A DNA stretch of 62,293 nt, the filler included, from Choristocarpus tenellus KU-1152 (lineage: Eukaryota; Protista; Phaeophyceae): the NCBI GenBank assembly GCA_964200185.2. It is 11 parts of 11 records of this genome, joined end to end, with 100 filler letters (N's around TTAATTAATTAA, not from the genome) between each part and the next. Parts side by side here need not be neighbours in the genome. Positions count along the whole stretch, not along the records: positions 11,250 to 15,148 come from CAXNAD020017256.1; positions 15,249 to 22,023 come from CAXNAD020007377.1; positions 22,124 to 25,218 come from CAXNAD020022357.1; positions 25,319 to 28,346 come from CAXNAD020022839.1; 7 more parts are not named here. One strand, given 5' to 3'. How positions within the stretch are numbered: the first letter of the stretch is position 1; every line of letters begins with the position of its first letter. Both the position numbers and the translations under genes were made by a program. Below the pieces are notes generated by a model. The model saw only the letters and a program-made list of their open reading frames with translations. It made no database searches and was not told where the DNA came from. This document shows, piece after piece, positions 13,691-25,490 of the stretch.

Positions 13691-14162
13691 ATGGCACGCC
13701 GACTTGGAAATTGGATTAAGGATCAGGCGCTAAGTTCGTATAAAAAGAGCATGGACCGGAAGCTCAGGCACTATGGTGAGGGGAGGGTCAGTTTTGAAAG
13801 TAGTGGGGGGGGTATATATGTGTGGTCTTGTTCTTCACACGACTTCTGAACAACTCTCATTTCGAAGATTGTTGGAGCATGGATAATATCTCAAGAATAT
13901 TCTCGGTTGTGTCTAAGAGTATCATCCCAGCAACCTTCTTGTTTCCTTTCACAGTTGTACTTCTCTACACCTTTGACCTTGTTCAGGTCTGAAGCTTGAG
14001 GACCTATATATCGAGGAATCGCCCGATGTAGGGGAGGCTCTAAGCAGGCTTCCTCCTGAAGAGATACAGGCTCGCAACCGTCGTCTCATGCGTGCCTTCG
14101 ATATTTCCCTCAAGCGGGTTCCCCTTCCTCAACACATCCAAGACGTCCAGAAGCCCTTCGAG
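13691..14162 (+). CDS. QCR7: Cytochrome b-c1 complex subunit 7, exons 13691-13775 and 13987-14162; last exon not found on this contig
   Basis: MARRLGNWIKDQALSSYKKSMDRKLRHYG|LKLEDLYIEESPDVGEALSRLPPEEIQARNRRLMRAFDISLKRVPLP matches the UCR_14kD pattern; phase-1 GT-AG intron. Confidence 0.92.
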
Positions 14163-15599
14163 GTGGGCAACCTCGACCAAGACAAAATTATGTTGTTGGC
14201 TGGCATTTTGCTTCACCTTTCGTTTATTCCTTACAACGCACGTTATGTTTCCTACACCCTCCAGCATATTGCCAGACGTTGCTTATACAACTTGAAGGGG
14301 AAAATGATGTAGTGGCAATGTTTACCTATGGCAACTTCCCTTCTCCCCCCCGTTTTTTGTGCCATTTGTGCAAACAGATTTTGAAATTCAAGTTCGCCAT
14401 ATGCTTTCCATTGTGCTAATTGCCGCCTAGTTTTACGATTCCCCTTGTTTTTTGTCCAGTCCCAGACTTGCGAATTGAAACGTCTACAATAGGCAGAGTG
14501 GGTGCAGTCCATCTTCTCTCTGATCATACGGCGTTGCCTCGACCGCTGCCCATTTTTTCTTTTAATGACACCTCATTTGACCTCCCTGTAAGATAGGGCT
14601 GCTTCTTGTGTCTTATCAACCACCCAAAGGAAAATGTTCTGCGTGCTGTTGGAATGCACTTCCGAAACAGTTGAATGCTACTGAACACAGACCGTATGTT
14701 CATGAATGGGAATATCCGAAGATGCAGTTCCAGCAAGGGGACGTTGCAGTACTTGAGAGTTCATGTCTAAAGACAGCAATATCCATTATTTCGTTGTTCT
14801 GATGTGTTTGACTGACCCCCGCCTTGCCCCCAACTCAAACTCAAGTTTGTACCGTTGCACAAACCTTAACCCAAACATTCCTAGCATCGATAGTCCTTCC
14901 AATGCAATAGCTTCAACAATGTGTGTGTGTGTGTGTGTTCTGGCAAACCGGATGCCTTCCTGATTTTAGGCTTTTACCCTAACCCTGACCAATTAATCTT
15001 CTCCGTACCGGTGTGAGAATTGATTCTGAAGTAAACATGGTTGCATGAAAATAATAATAATAATAATTTAAAAAAAACACGAAAAAATGTGGAATCTATG
15101 CTGCATGTGGTTGGTGCCGAAATGTAATCGAGTCGTATAGACGGGGGGNNNNNNNNNNNNNNNNNNNNNNNNNNNNNNNNNNNNNNNNNNNNTTAATTAA
15201 TTAANNNNNNNNNNNNNNNNNNNNNNNNNNNNNNNNNNNNNNNNNNNNCCCCCCTAGATACTTTGAACCTCTGTTAGGTGGAAAAGATAGTGTGAAAGGA
15301 GAATGATCCTGAGATGGGGGGTCATGGTTGGAAAGGAACCAAAAACGAATTTGTATATCTCGCAGAAGAAGAGCAAATACGCCTGTTTCCACTATTTCCT
15401 GTATCATTGTTGTTTTTGATATCGCTGTATGTCATCTTGTTCGCATTTGACTTGTATTTTCAATATTCATAGGAACAAGTTGAAGTTAAAATGCATTTAA
15501 CCAGTAGGACCAGTAGGACATCACCACAAAGCACTTGAGGAAAATACTAATGCTTTTCAAAAATGCAACTGGATCTGATACAACGAGTCCAATGCAACT

Positions 15600-15990
15600 G
15601 GAATATATTGGAGACAGTCATACACAAAACTCGTCAAAGAACAGTGACACGGGTGCTTACTGCTGCAGGTGAGGCCCAGAAGCACAAGCATTATGAAACA
15701 TATTTTGCCTCTTTTAGTAGTTTTAGCAACAACACCTTCATGATGGAAAACTGCGGAGGCCTTAGCACACAGGAAAATCAATTCCTGAATGAGCTGGTGA
15801 CACATGTAGAGGTGGCAAGGGGGGAGGATTAGCAGGAAGGGGCTGGTGAAGGCAACCTTGTGACATATCATGTCCGTCACTGCACAAACGAAAATCCCAA
15901 TGTGCGTCGTGCACGTCAAGCTGGAGACCCTGAGACCATGAGTGAGGCGAGGCCCCACAAGCCTTGTAGGGCTCTTCCCTTGTGTCTAGA
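15600..15990 (+). pseudogene. Remnant C-terminal restriction-like endonuclease of a CRE/R2-type non-LTR retrotransposon
   Basis: TAAGEAQKHKHY...FMMENCGGLSTQENQFLNELV resembles the AA..E..K..KY...F..E..G......FL..L motif; in-frame stop. Confidence 0.55.
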
Positions 15991-17149
15991 CCACGTTCAC
16001 AGTGCCCGTTTAGAAGTAGCTTCAGGTGTATGTATATATATATATGTTTGTGTATGTGCTCATCAATCAGTCTTTCTTGGTTGTTTCAGACAATACTTCA
16101 ACCTGCTTAGCCAAATCTTCGACCACAAACGTACGAATCTAACCAATCATTTTCACAATACAGTTTCCACACAAGGACAATTTTTCACTATTCGGAATAG
16201 CGGTGATGATGAATGAGCGCATTTGCTAAAAAGATGTCCTCCACAGGAAGAATCAGAGTTGGGAGGGTGGTCATCGTCAGGTTCCTTGTGACGAATAGTC
16301 CCTGTTGGACATTTCAATGCCAATAAACCGTCAAGAACACCCCTAGTGCGGGTCAAAACGGAGAGGTCTTCCATGGAGTAGTTCATACAATATGATTGGC
16401 GAACATGAGTATTTGACAGAGTCTGATTGGTGAACACGACTTACTATGGCGTATTAACACCGAAGTCTGCAACACGACTTAGTCCCTCCATAACTCTAGC
16501 AACTTTTTTTAGCGAATGCACACATTATCACATTTATACTGAAACTTCTTTTTTGAAATTTGTATACTTATCGAATGTGAGACAATCTGTTACATTCCCT
16601 AAAATAATAATGTTTTTGAGTACTAGTCATATGCCATCCAAGACAGATCGTTACATATACTCACAAAATGTCGCGTTCTGAACAGCAATAAATTGTACAT
16701 GTAGGAATCAGCGTCACCATCTGATTCAAAGCCACAACACCGGTTCCTCAACTTCTACCCTCCTCATCCCTTTACCCCATAACCATGCCAACTATCTATG
16801 TGTTAACCTCCACGTGGTGTTGGTATATCTGATTTTTGTTATCCCTTGTTGTACCTTGACATACAATAACCCCTCCATTGAAGAGAGAAGTAAAGTATAT
16901 GTAAAGCAGTAAAAAAAAAATCTCAAGGGTTGTAGACATGCAGGTAATATGGCAACCCCAAACGAAACTGATGGATCGGGTGCGTGAAGTTTGTTTCTGC
17001 GCAACATGCAATCGAGGGCAAAGCTCTTTTGCCCATGTGGCTTAGGCATACAAACATAATGGGCTACTGTCAACCTTGTATGGCCAAGATGGAGTATACT
17101 ACAGGGTGCAATGATGCGAGCGAGTAACAGGGGGGGGCTGCACTGGAGG

Positions 17150-17830
17150 AGAAAGAGGAGGGGAAGCTCCGTCAGTTAGTGCCCACTGTGCTTCAACAGC
17201 CCCAGGAGGAAAGAAACAGTGGGGTTTGTGTGCCTGGGTAAGCCCGTGGGGTCTGTTGTGAGGGCAAAAGAACCTGCCACTATGACGCCATAGTGCTTGA
17301 GCAGCAACAGGGGGGGGCTGCGAGATCTGTGCCTGAGAAAAAAGAGAAAGATTTCCACCAAAGAGTAGTCACGGTGCTCCAGTTGCACCAGGAGGAATGG
17401 CAGGTCGAGAGCTGAGTCTGGGCAGAAGGAGTGGGCGGTGCTAGAGGGGGATGTGACTGTTCAAAAAGTGATGATAGAACTTCAAATGTACAGGTGTAGC
17501 TGGTAGATATGGTTCTCCACTTGCAGCAAAAGAAATGCCAAAGGGTAGGACTGTGCCTGGGTAGAAGAGATTTGCTACGCCTGGGTACAAGGGTTGGAGG
17601 GGTGCGACCGCCTGTGCAAAAATTGATGATCGGACTAAAACATAAATAATGTGTACCTCCAGAGTCTGTGCGAAACTTTGACCTTGAAAGCGGTCAAACA
17701 GGAAATTCAAAATAGTTAAGGATGGATCACAGGCCAGAGTCCTTCCAGACAGCATCAAAACAGATCACGTTCTGAGTCTACCATCCACTCCAAAAGATTG
17801 TTGGAGAACAGCTAGAAGGGGATGGGGGTG
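17150..17830 (-). pseudogene. Highly decayed coding-like remnant, possibly LINE RT
   Basis: CFDAVW-like segment near 17750; many frameshifts. Confidence 0.25.
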
Positions 17831-18829
17831 GTGTCTAAAAATAGTTACAGATATCCACCACTCCACGTGCAGCAATAGGTACTATCAGCTTTCTCTATCA
17901 AACTTTCAAGATGATGAACCCACTTCTTTATGTGGGATACTTTGTACCCATTTGTTGTTACTATAATTTTCATCCATTACATGTAATATCAGAAAAAAAT
18001 ACATCATTATTTTCCAGTGATAAGTCAAGTAAACGAGAGGTACACAGAGTTGCATTTTAAGGATGTCAGCAAATATGTTCAAAATTCGTTTTCTTTTCAA
18101 ACGTGTACAGGATTTTTTTTATGAATTGCGCGAAAAAAATTAAAACAACAGAATTTAAATCCTCTCAAGTTAAACTTACCACTTCATCCATAGAAATATG
18201 GGTAAATTGTAAAAGATTGAAAAACTGAGTTATAATACACAACCGCCCAAAACGCGAGTCCTTCTCCTTCACTTTGACAGCATAATAGGACAGTTTTGAC
18301 AAGAAATCAACTGCCCATATAACAATAACCACATCCCTATATATATTCATACCGAACACTAATAGGAAAGTACAAGTAGAATATATACACATAATAATAC
18401 TGTCTGTCTAGACTTGTCGTAAGTTTTGAGCTGGAGTCACCAGGGAGATGGGCAAGGAGGGGTTTGTTGGATTCTTGGGATGCCTGCCTACCTCCTTACT
18501 CTGGGGTGCAGGAATAGGTAGATTGGAGGCACAGAAAGGCAATGGTACCACCTTAGTGAAAAAACAAATAGATTAAGTGTTTCTCAGAGTTGTGACATAT
18601 TTTACTTCTTTAGGGTTTATACTGACATGTGAATAGTTTTCATTAGAGTGTTTGATGATGAAATGAAATTCACCACCACAAAGCTTTATCTATATGATGT
18701 ATATAGTGTTTTTCATTACCAAATGTGATGAAATTTCTCATTTATTTGTAGTTGGAAATTATAGTGAAAAACATTACAACCTCAGTAAGACCCTCGGGGT
18801 AACATTCAAAGTTTGATGATCTCATAGAG

Positions 18830-19340
18830 GAATTATCCAATCGAAGCGACCAATTCGCATTTGTTTTAGCCAACCAAAATGCTACAAAAAGCTGCATTGT
18901 ACAAGGACAAGACTGACAATATTTGGGTAGCATGGCAGATGCGTGTGCTATGTTTGCTAGCATGTCACACCATTTCGCTGACTCAGCCGAAACCCGGATC
19001 GTTAGGGAGGAACTAGGACTACCTCGCCAGAAAAGGTCGTCCATGCACGATGGGGTATCAAGCCAAACTTCACTGCCACACCAAGAGGTTGTCAACCGTG
19101 TACTGGCAGCCCTCGCACAGATGCTTCAACCTGGTTCGGTTCCTGCGAAATGCGGACCTCGTTCATTCCAAAACGTAATGCATCAAAACCCGTTCGAGCA
19201 GTCACATCCGTTCCCCAGCCTGTGCTTGAATCCCCACTTGCTTTAGCCACAGACAGGGCGAGCGATAGAAGTAGACACCATTCGGACAAAGACCTACCTC
19301 CATCGCTCAATCCACTGAGAAATGTCCAGGGAAGGGTCGA
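18830..19340. repeat. Unclassified dispersed repeat family C, copy 1
   Basis: Colinear similarity to 43410-43940 (e.g. ggtatcaagccaaacttcac, gttgtcaaccgtgtactg, gtcacatccgttccccagc, gctttagccacagacagggcga). Confidence 0.85.
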
Positions 19341-19575
19341 GATAGATGGAAGCTAACACGGGCTACGGCAGACTGCCCTTTTGTCACGGCGCGTCCACGA
19401 CTAACAGAGGTGAAGATGGTTTGAATTTGCCCGTCACCTTCTCTCACGTGGCGTTTCTTGTTTTTAACATTTTATCTTGATAGTGAATTCGATTTTGCGA
19501 AATCTGATTTTCGTAGTTGATTTTCTGATCTCCGTAATACAAATTTGGATAATTTCATTATACCCAAACACGGTA

Positions 19576-20062
19576 TTGGTTTTCCCTTCGACACGTCTAC
19601 AAAATGTCAGAGAGCACAATAATATAAATAATACTACAGTTGTTATTTATTGGTGATGTTCTACTTGACTTTCTCATACTAATATTTAGAGTTTGGGTTA
19701 ATCCACTTCATCACAACATCTATATGTACAAAATGTAAAATGTCAGACCACATATATATATATTATTATGCCCTCTGACATTTTGCAGATGTGTCAGGGG
19801 AAAACCAATGAAAACTATATACATATGTGTATATATATCACATATATATGTATGATTTAAAATATTCATGTTTTATGTCAACGATCTGTTCGGTGTTCTG
19901 AGACAGACGTCAGACGGCAAAAGTTTATCGAAAGAAAAATCTGGGTATCGTTCAGACAAGGTGATGACTTGCTTCTATGTTTCGTTCAAAGATATTAGGT
20001 ATAGAATCAACAAACTACGGCAAATATTTTATTATTATGCCCTCTTACATTTTGCAGATGTG
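19576..20062. repeat. About 50-bp motif D (TGGTTTTCCCCTGACACATCTGCAAAATGTCAGAGGGCATAATAA) in inverted arrangement
   Basis: Forward copy about 19576-19625; reverse copies about 19761-19812 and 20030-20062; two tandem copies on another contig at 33678-33805. Confidence 0.85.
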
Positions 20063-22179
20063 TTATTGCAATGTTTTGCTGTTGAACCATCATCGGACTT
20101 TTAATTTTACTTCATAAATACTCAATCACATCAAGAACAAATAAAATGAACAATACAACGACTGTTCTCTTTGAACTCATCGTCAACGTAACTTCCTACT
20201 CGCTACAAATACCATAATCTCACAAATAAATATTCTAAACAATCTTACCTCCTCACTACTTTGTCGTTGTAAAGGCCACTTACTCCCTGTCTGAATTTCA
20301 CAGGTTCGAATCCCACCAACACCGAAATCCATTTAATGGATATCTTATTGATATTATATCAAATTTATGTGGCAATGAGGTGTGTACTATGGGAATCAGG
20401 TGTACGGATTGAAATCTAATCGAACTATTCTTGTATCTATCCCTACACCACAAAATACCCCAAACCAAGAACAAGCTGTAATAGTGTATGTTATTATTGA
20501 CGATAGGTGAATCAATTTTGTGAGAAACAAAAAATGGGGTTAAGGGAGTGAATACAACAATGAAGAATATGTTGGATCTAGGCTGTATTTGGAATAGTGT
20601 TCAGGTTAAAGTAACAAGGATTTTATCGAAAAAAAAAGGAAAATGAAAAATTAATTACTGTCGATATTTTCTCCGCTGTTTTAAGGGGAGTGTTTGTCTG
20701 GAAAGATCCCTTGCAAAAAAGAATCGGCGGTAAGTGGTGAATTCTACCGCAAAATCATAAGTTCCTCCGCAACACAAAAATGTTCATCTCAACTGTCAAA
20801 AATACTCCATTTTGATATCACTGTTTTAGTGTATAGTATATAGTAGTACATGTAATACCAATAGAAACAGTCATATAATAGAGGAGTAATTCCATAGACA
20901 ATGAATGGGATATTGTCAACAAATACATTTTCATGGTCCCTAATATAAAAAAAGAGACACAATTAGAGAGTCATGTCCCCCAATTATACAAAAAAAGAGA
21001 GGTACAATTAGAGAGCGAATCGTGATGAATTAAGTCGAGTGATAATACGGAAACAATGGAGGACCAAGTTTGGGAAGTACCAAGGCTTCATCATGAAGAC
21101 GAGTAAGAAGAACGAGTTCAACTATAGTAGTAATTGATACAATACGTAAGTTTGACCAAGAACAACCAAACCTTACAAACAATACACGTTGCTTTGGAAG
21201 GGTATGTTTTAATATTTTTACTGTATGTTACACCCATACTAATTCATGCTTTTTTGGTATCGCCTACATGGCATCATCTCCTAAATGTTTTTGGGTATCG
21301 CAAGTACTTCAGGAAATATTGATACTTTCGATTAATGTTACATACATAATTTATGCATATTTCTTCATATTATACATGCATCCCCTCCATCACATCAACA
21401 GCAAAATGTCTGTGGGCAAAATAAAATTTCAGCTGATCAAAAGTTTATGTTATGAACTTGAGTGTTACAATATATACATACGCTAAGTAATATATGATTT
21501 GTTGCTCTCAGCTGTTGTGGGCATGACATAGGGTTGAGTGCTACGTTGCCCAGCATGCGCAAAGACGTATATGGCATTAAATCTGCCTGATAGAAATATT
21601 TCGGCAGACCACATCACCATAAGATATCAAAAACCCTTTTATTCAGTACTACGTGATCCTGCATGCTATGTTTTATGAAGTGCGACTCATCCATGAAAGG
21701 GTATCCGACTTCGTAGAGTGGTATACAGTAGCACATTTAATAGAAATAGTGTATTAGTAGGGCTACAAAACCCAAAAGGGCAGCACCATGCGTTGCCCTC
21801 TTTTATTCTCCATCCCCTGTTTTCATGCCATCATGCTGAGAGCAGTCATGCTTTATGTAGACCATGAGTGATTTTTATAATCAACTTTCTGAGTTTACCC
21901 TTAACTCTCTGAGTACTCGGTCAACCACAAAATTACATCATCGAAAGTCTTATTACTTCTAAGGAGTGAGATAGATAACAGCCGATTCCAAAAATTGAGG
22001 ATGGAGCTTTTCATTGAGGATGGNNNNNNNNNNNNNNNNNNNNNNNNNNNNNNNNNNNNNNNNNNNNTTAATTAATTAANNNNNNNNNNNNNNNNNNNNN
22101 NNNNNNNNNNNNNNNNNNNNNNNGAATAGGAAAATAGGAATGAGCAAATAATAATAATAATCCAGAATTCGTGAGAAAA

Positions 22180-22351
22180 ACAAAATTATTATTTGTGCCT
22201 CATACGTACGTCGATGGTTATGTCAAAGTAGTTGAATGCAGAATAAAAACCCATACATATTCCCATTCATAATCCAGATGTACTATCTCATTAGTTACAT
22301 CTCTCATACACGATATAAGGTACACCTTACTATTGTCCTATTTTGCACAGA
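22180..22351 (-). repeat. Dispersed repeat family E
   Basis: Reverse complement matches 41860-42030. Confidence 0.8.
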
Positions 22352-23964
22352 TGTATATGAAGGGATTCCTTAATCAGACTTATGTTGAAGTGAGATGGGT
22401 ACTGGTGTGTCTGTGGCATATTTTACTCAAGCAGACCGTTATTGATAGAAGAAACTGTGTGGTCTTTCATAGAGACATTCAAATGAAGAAAATCATCCTC
22501 TGTGAAGAGGGTTGCCACCTTGTCAGAGAAGGGTTTCGAAGGATGGTTTTAACTCTGTTTAGATTGCATCCCAGCGTGTGTCTCATACGCGTTGCAGAGT
22601 GATGAATGGCTTTCGATGGGGCAATGTCAGTCAAGTACAAATTATAATCAACACATCCTATGCAACTGATACCTTGCGTCATGGAGATAAAAACGTAAAA
22701 CAAAGAAGAAACAAAAAGACAATCTTGACTCAATATCAAACATGACTAATGTCTCTCATAGTATGTGTGCATGATGGGCAGCGACTGTTCCAATGGTTTC
22801 TATCCGCTCTGACGTACTTACTGTGGTTGAGCAAAGTGTGATGATGAACTAACGATGGGAACAGGATTAGCGACCCGTACGATGGACGAATCAGCATTCA
22901 GTGTGAGCTGACGATGCTGTATCGTATCAAAACAAATCGAATGAGTAACCTATGGTTTAACAGAATACTATATCAGAGGAGGATGTTGTAGTGACAAGAG
23001 AGCTAATGGCATTGGTGATGTGGATCCAATGTCACATAAGGGGAGAGTGAGAGATATCTTACTGCGACGTGTGGATCCTAACAGCGAACCTCCTACTTGA
23101 ACCAGGTGATGTTGGAGTATACACTAAATAGAAGTGAGATAAGACTGGTGGATTTTGTTGTGGATGAGGAAGCAAGCTTACTTCCTCCAAAACCTAGGAC
23201 AGTGGGAAATGCAATGGAGTGGAAGGATTGCCTGTGGAATGGGGTAGTGAAAGAGGTAATGGGCATACACAGTCTACGACAGAGGATCCCGGTAGCTTAC
23301 CCATACATTGACAGAGGGTTTTCGACCGAGGCAGATGGATGGAAAATGGAGAGTGTAGAGTTTCAAGGCGGGGCTTGAACTGCAGGATGGTAAAGCTTGA
23401 TGAAGCAGTGGGATTGCTGAAGAAGTCCCTGTATGGGATATTCGAGGCTCTTGGAAATGGAACAACTTCCTGCTGATGGATGCTTTGTTGGAGTTGGGAG
23501 TAGTAACAGTCTGAGGCTGATCCATGCTTGTTCAGATTGACAGTGGATGGTAAGGCGGTGATTCTTATGATTGTCAATGTGGAAGACATGTTGATGGCTG
23601 AGGAATAAGGGGCAGGCTATGCTGTTGGTATCGTCGAGGGGCTGAACAAGAAGTTCCCTGTGGTGAATTTTGGTGAGGTAACCAAGTTCATGGGCTGCAG
23701 TCTCAGGAGGAACAAGAACGCTGAGACACTTGTGGTAAACCAGAGCTTGTGTATAGGGGACCTGGTAGAAAGATATGAAAATTGGCACAACTTATGAAAT
23801 ACAATCAATCAAAATGAGAGTGGAGCAGGAACGATGGTTGGTGGGATATTGTGGCCGGCAATATTGACTAGAGACATGATGTGTATATTGCAGTTTTGAG
23901 ACTTGGCATCTTATGTGGAGAATCCAAGTTGGTCTGATTCGCTGAATACCGAGAGAGTGATCGA

Positions 23965-24213
23965 GAGTGAAAGTATCTTAGAGGGTACGAGTTTTGCCCT
24001 GTTTGTCCATTTGGGTCTTGGCTTCCATCGGGTTTTTTTTTTACAATGTCCTACTCCAAAATATTTCGGAGTATGTAAAATGTATACATTATGAAAAGGT
24101 GTGTCCGCAACAAGGATAGACACTTCTTAACAAACAAGATAACCAAAACTACAACAAAATCTGATTTTGGCCCCCAAATGGACGCGGTTCTACCCTCTAA
24201 GATACTTTGGCTT
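23965..24213 (+). mobile_element. MITE-A copy 2 (inside copia RT)
   Basis: Same TIRs; TSD CGA/AGA; removal restores RVIEYLLGT. Confidence 0.92.
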
Positions 24214-24261
24214 AGAGTATCTGCTAGGTACTAGGGAGAATGGCATTACCTTTGGAGCCTT

Positions 24262-24522
24262 TGTTGAATAGCTTCGCCTCGGAAAGGCTCGTCACCATGA
24301 GCTGCTGGTTGAGTTACATGGTGAAAATACACTGGTTATCAATTATTCACTCGTATTTGTCTTAGTCATTCATTATCACTGATATATGGATAAATTCTGA
24401 CTCATCATACTGCTATGTACGTTACTATTTTGTATTGTACCGAACTAAAGATAAGCGTACATTTAACTATATCATATATACTTTTAGCAGCACAACGTAA
24501 GTATAAAACCAGTTATTCGGCA
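24262..24522 (-). mobile_element. Solo LTR of copia family F
   Basis: TGTTG...CGGCA ends, similar to 56193-56446; 5-bp TSD GCCTT/GACTT. Confidence 0.8.
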
Positions 24523-25490
24523 GACTTTGACTTGTACGGGAATGAACCGAGGGACCAGCTAACTGGCTATACAGATGCTGACTGTGTTAATTGCAAGGTG
24601 AGTAGATTGTCTAGTTCTGGTGGTGATGTAATGTTTGGGGGAAGAGTGCTGACTGGCGGTCTAGAAAGCAGAAAACGGTTACATTGCCTACTGCCAAGGC
24701 CAAGTGTGTTGCATTGTGCAAGTTGGGGAAAGAAGTTGTGTTCCTCAAGCAGGTGCACATGTGTTGAAACCTGAAGTGGAATGTGGATATGTCAACTGCA
24801 AAGGAGCTTCTGAGTGGGTGGGGGATGTCAGGGATGGGTGCCATGGTCATGTACTGGCGTGGGGTGGGTTGAAGGGACTGTTGATGGGTCAACTGTAAGG
24901 AGCTGCTGAGTGAGCTTCTGAGTGAGTTTCTGTTGGGGATGGATGAGTGGGGGTGTGGACACATATATTGAAGCATTCCATGATACATGATACTGTACGT
25001 ACAAGTAAGTTTTTTCTTCCAGCGCATACTCCCATCGGGTCAAAAACGGACGCTGGCACCCCCCCCCAGATAGTTTGAGTCATAAATTGATATTATATAT
25101 ATTATTAACCCGATATCAATGTGTTGATACCTCAGCAAGACAGGACACTAAGGCTAAGCTTGTGTGGGCAGGACTTGAGGGGCTCACAATCGGGTTTATT
25201 CCACACCTTTACTCGTATNNNNNNNNNNNNNNNNNNNNNNNNNNNNNNNNNNNNNNNNNNNNTTAATTAATTAANNNNNNNNNNNNNNNNNNNNNNNNNN
25301 NNNNNNNNNNNNNNNNNNGGGGGGGGTCTACACCAGGGTGTCCATTTGGACCAAAATCAGGAAAAGTGCATTTACAGCATTTACATTATCTATCTGATAC
25401 ATTTAACCAAATCACCCAAAAATCGCGACATGAAAAAATTGACCCCAAATGGACAGCCGCCACCCCCCCCCTCCCCAGATACTTTGAGCT

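Larger units (their letters stand above)
23100..24780 (+). mobile_element. Decayed Ty1/copia RT-RNaseH region with nested MITE-A and solo LTR
   Basis: LKKSLYG, SEADPCLF, IVNVED (decayed YVDD), ERVIEYLLGT, LTGYTDAD, SRKQKTV. Confidence 0.88.

Noticed and set aside
16150-16500. Gypsy integrase tail (YELLHGRP)
   Set aside because: Single short motif amid stop codons
20260-20330. tRNA gene (GGTTCGAATCCC)
   Set aside because: B-box only; the T-stem does not pair and there is no cloverleaf. At most a SINE relic
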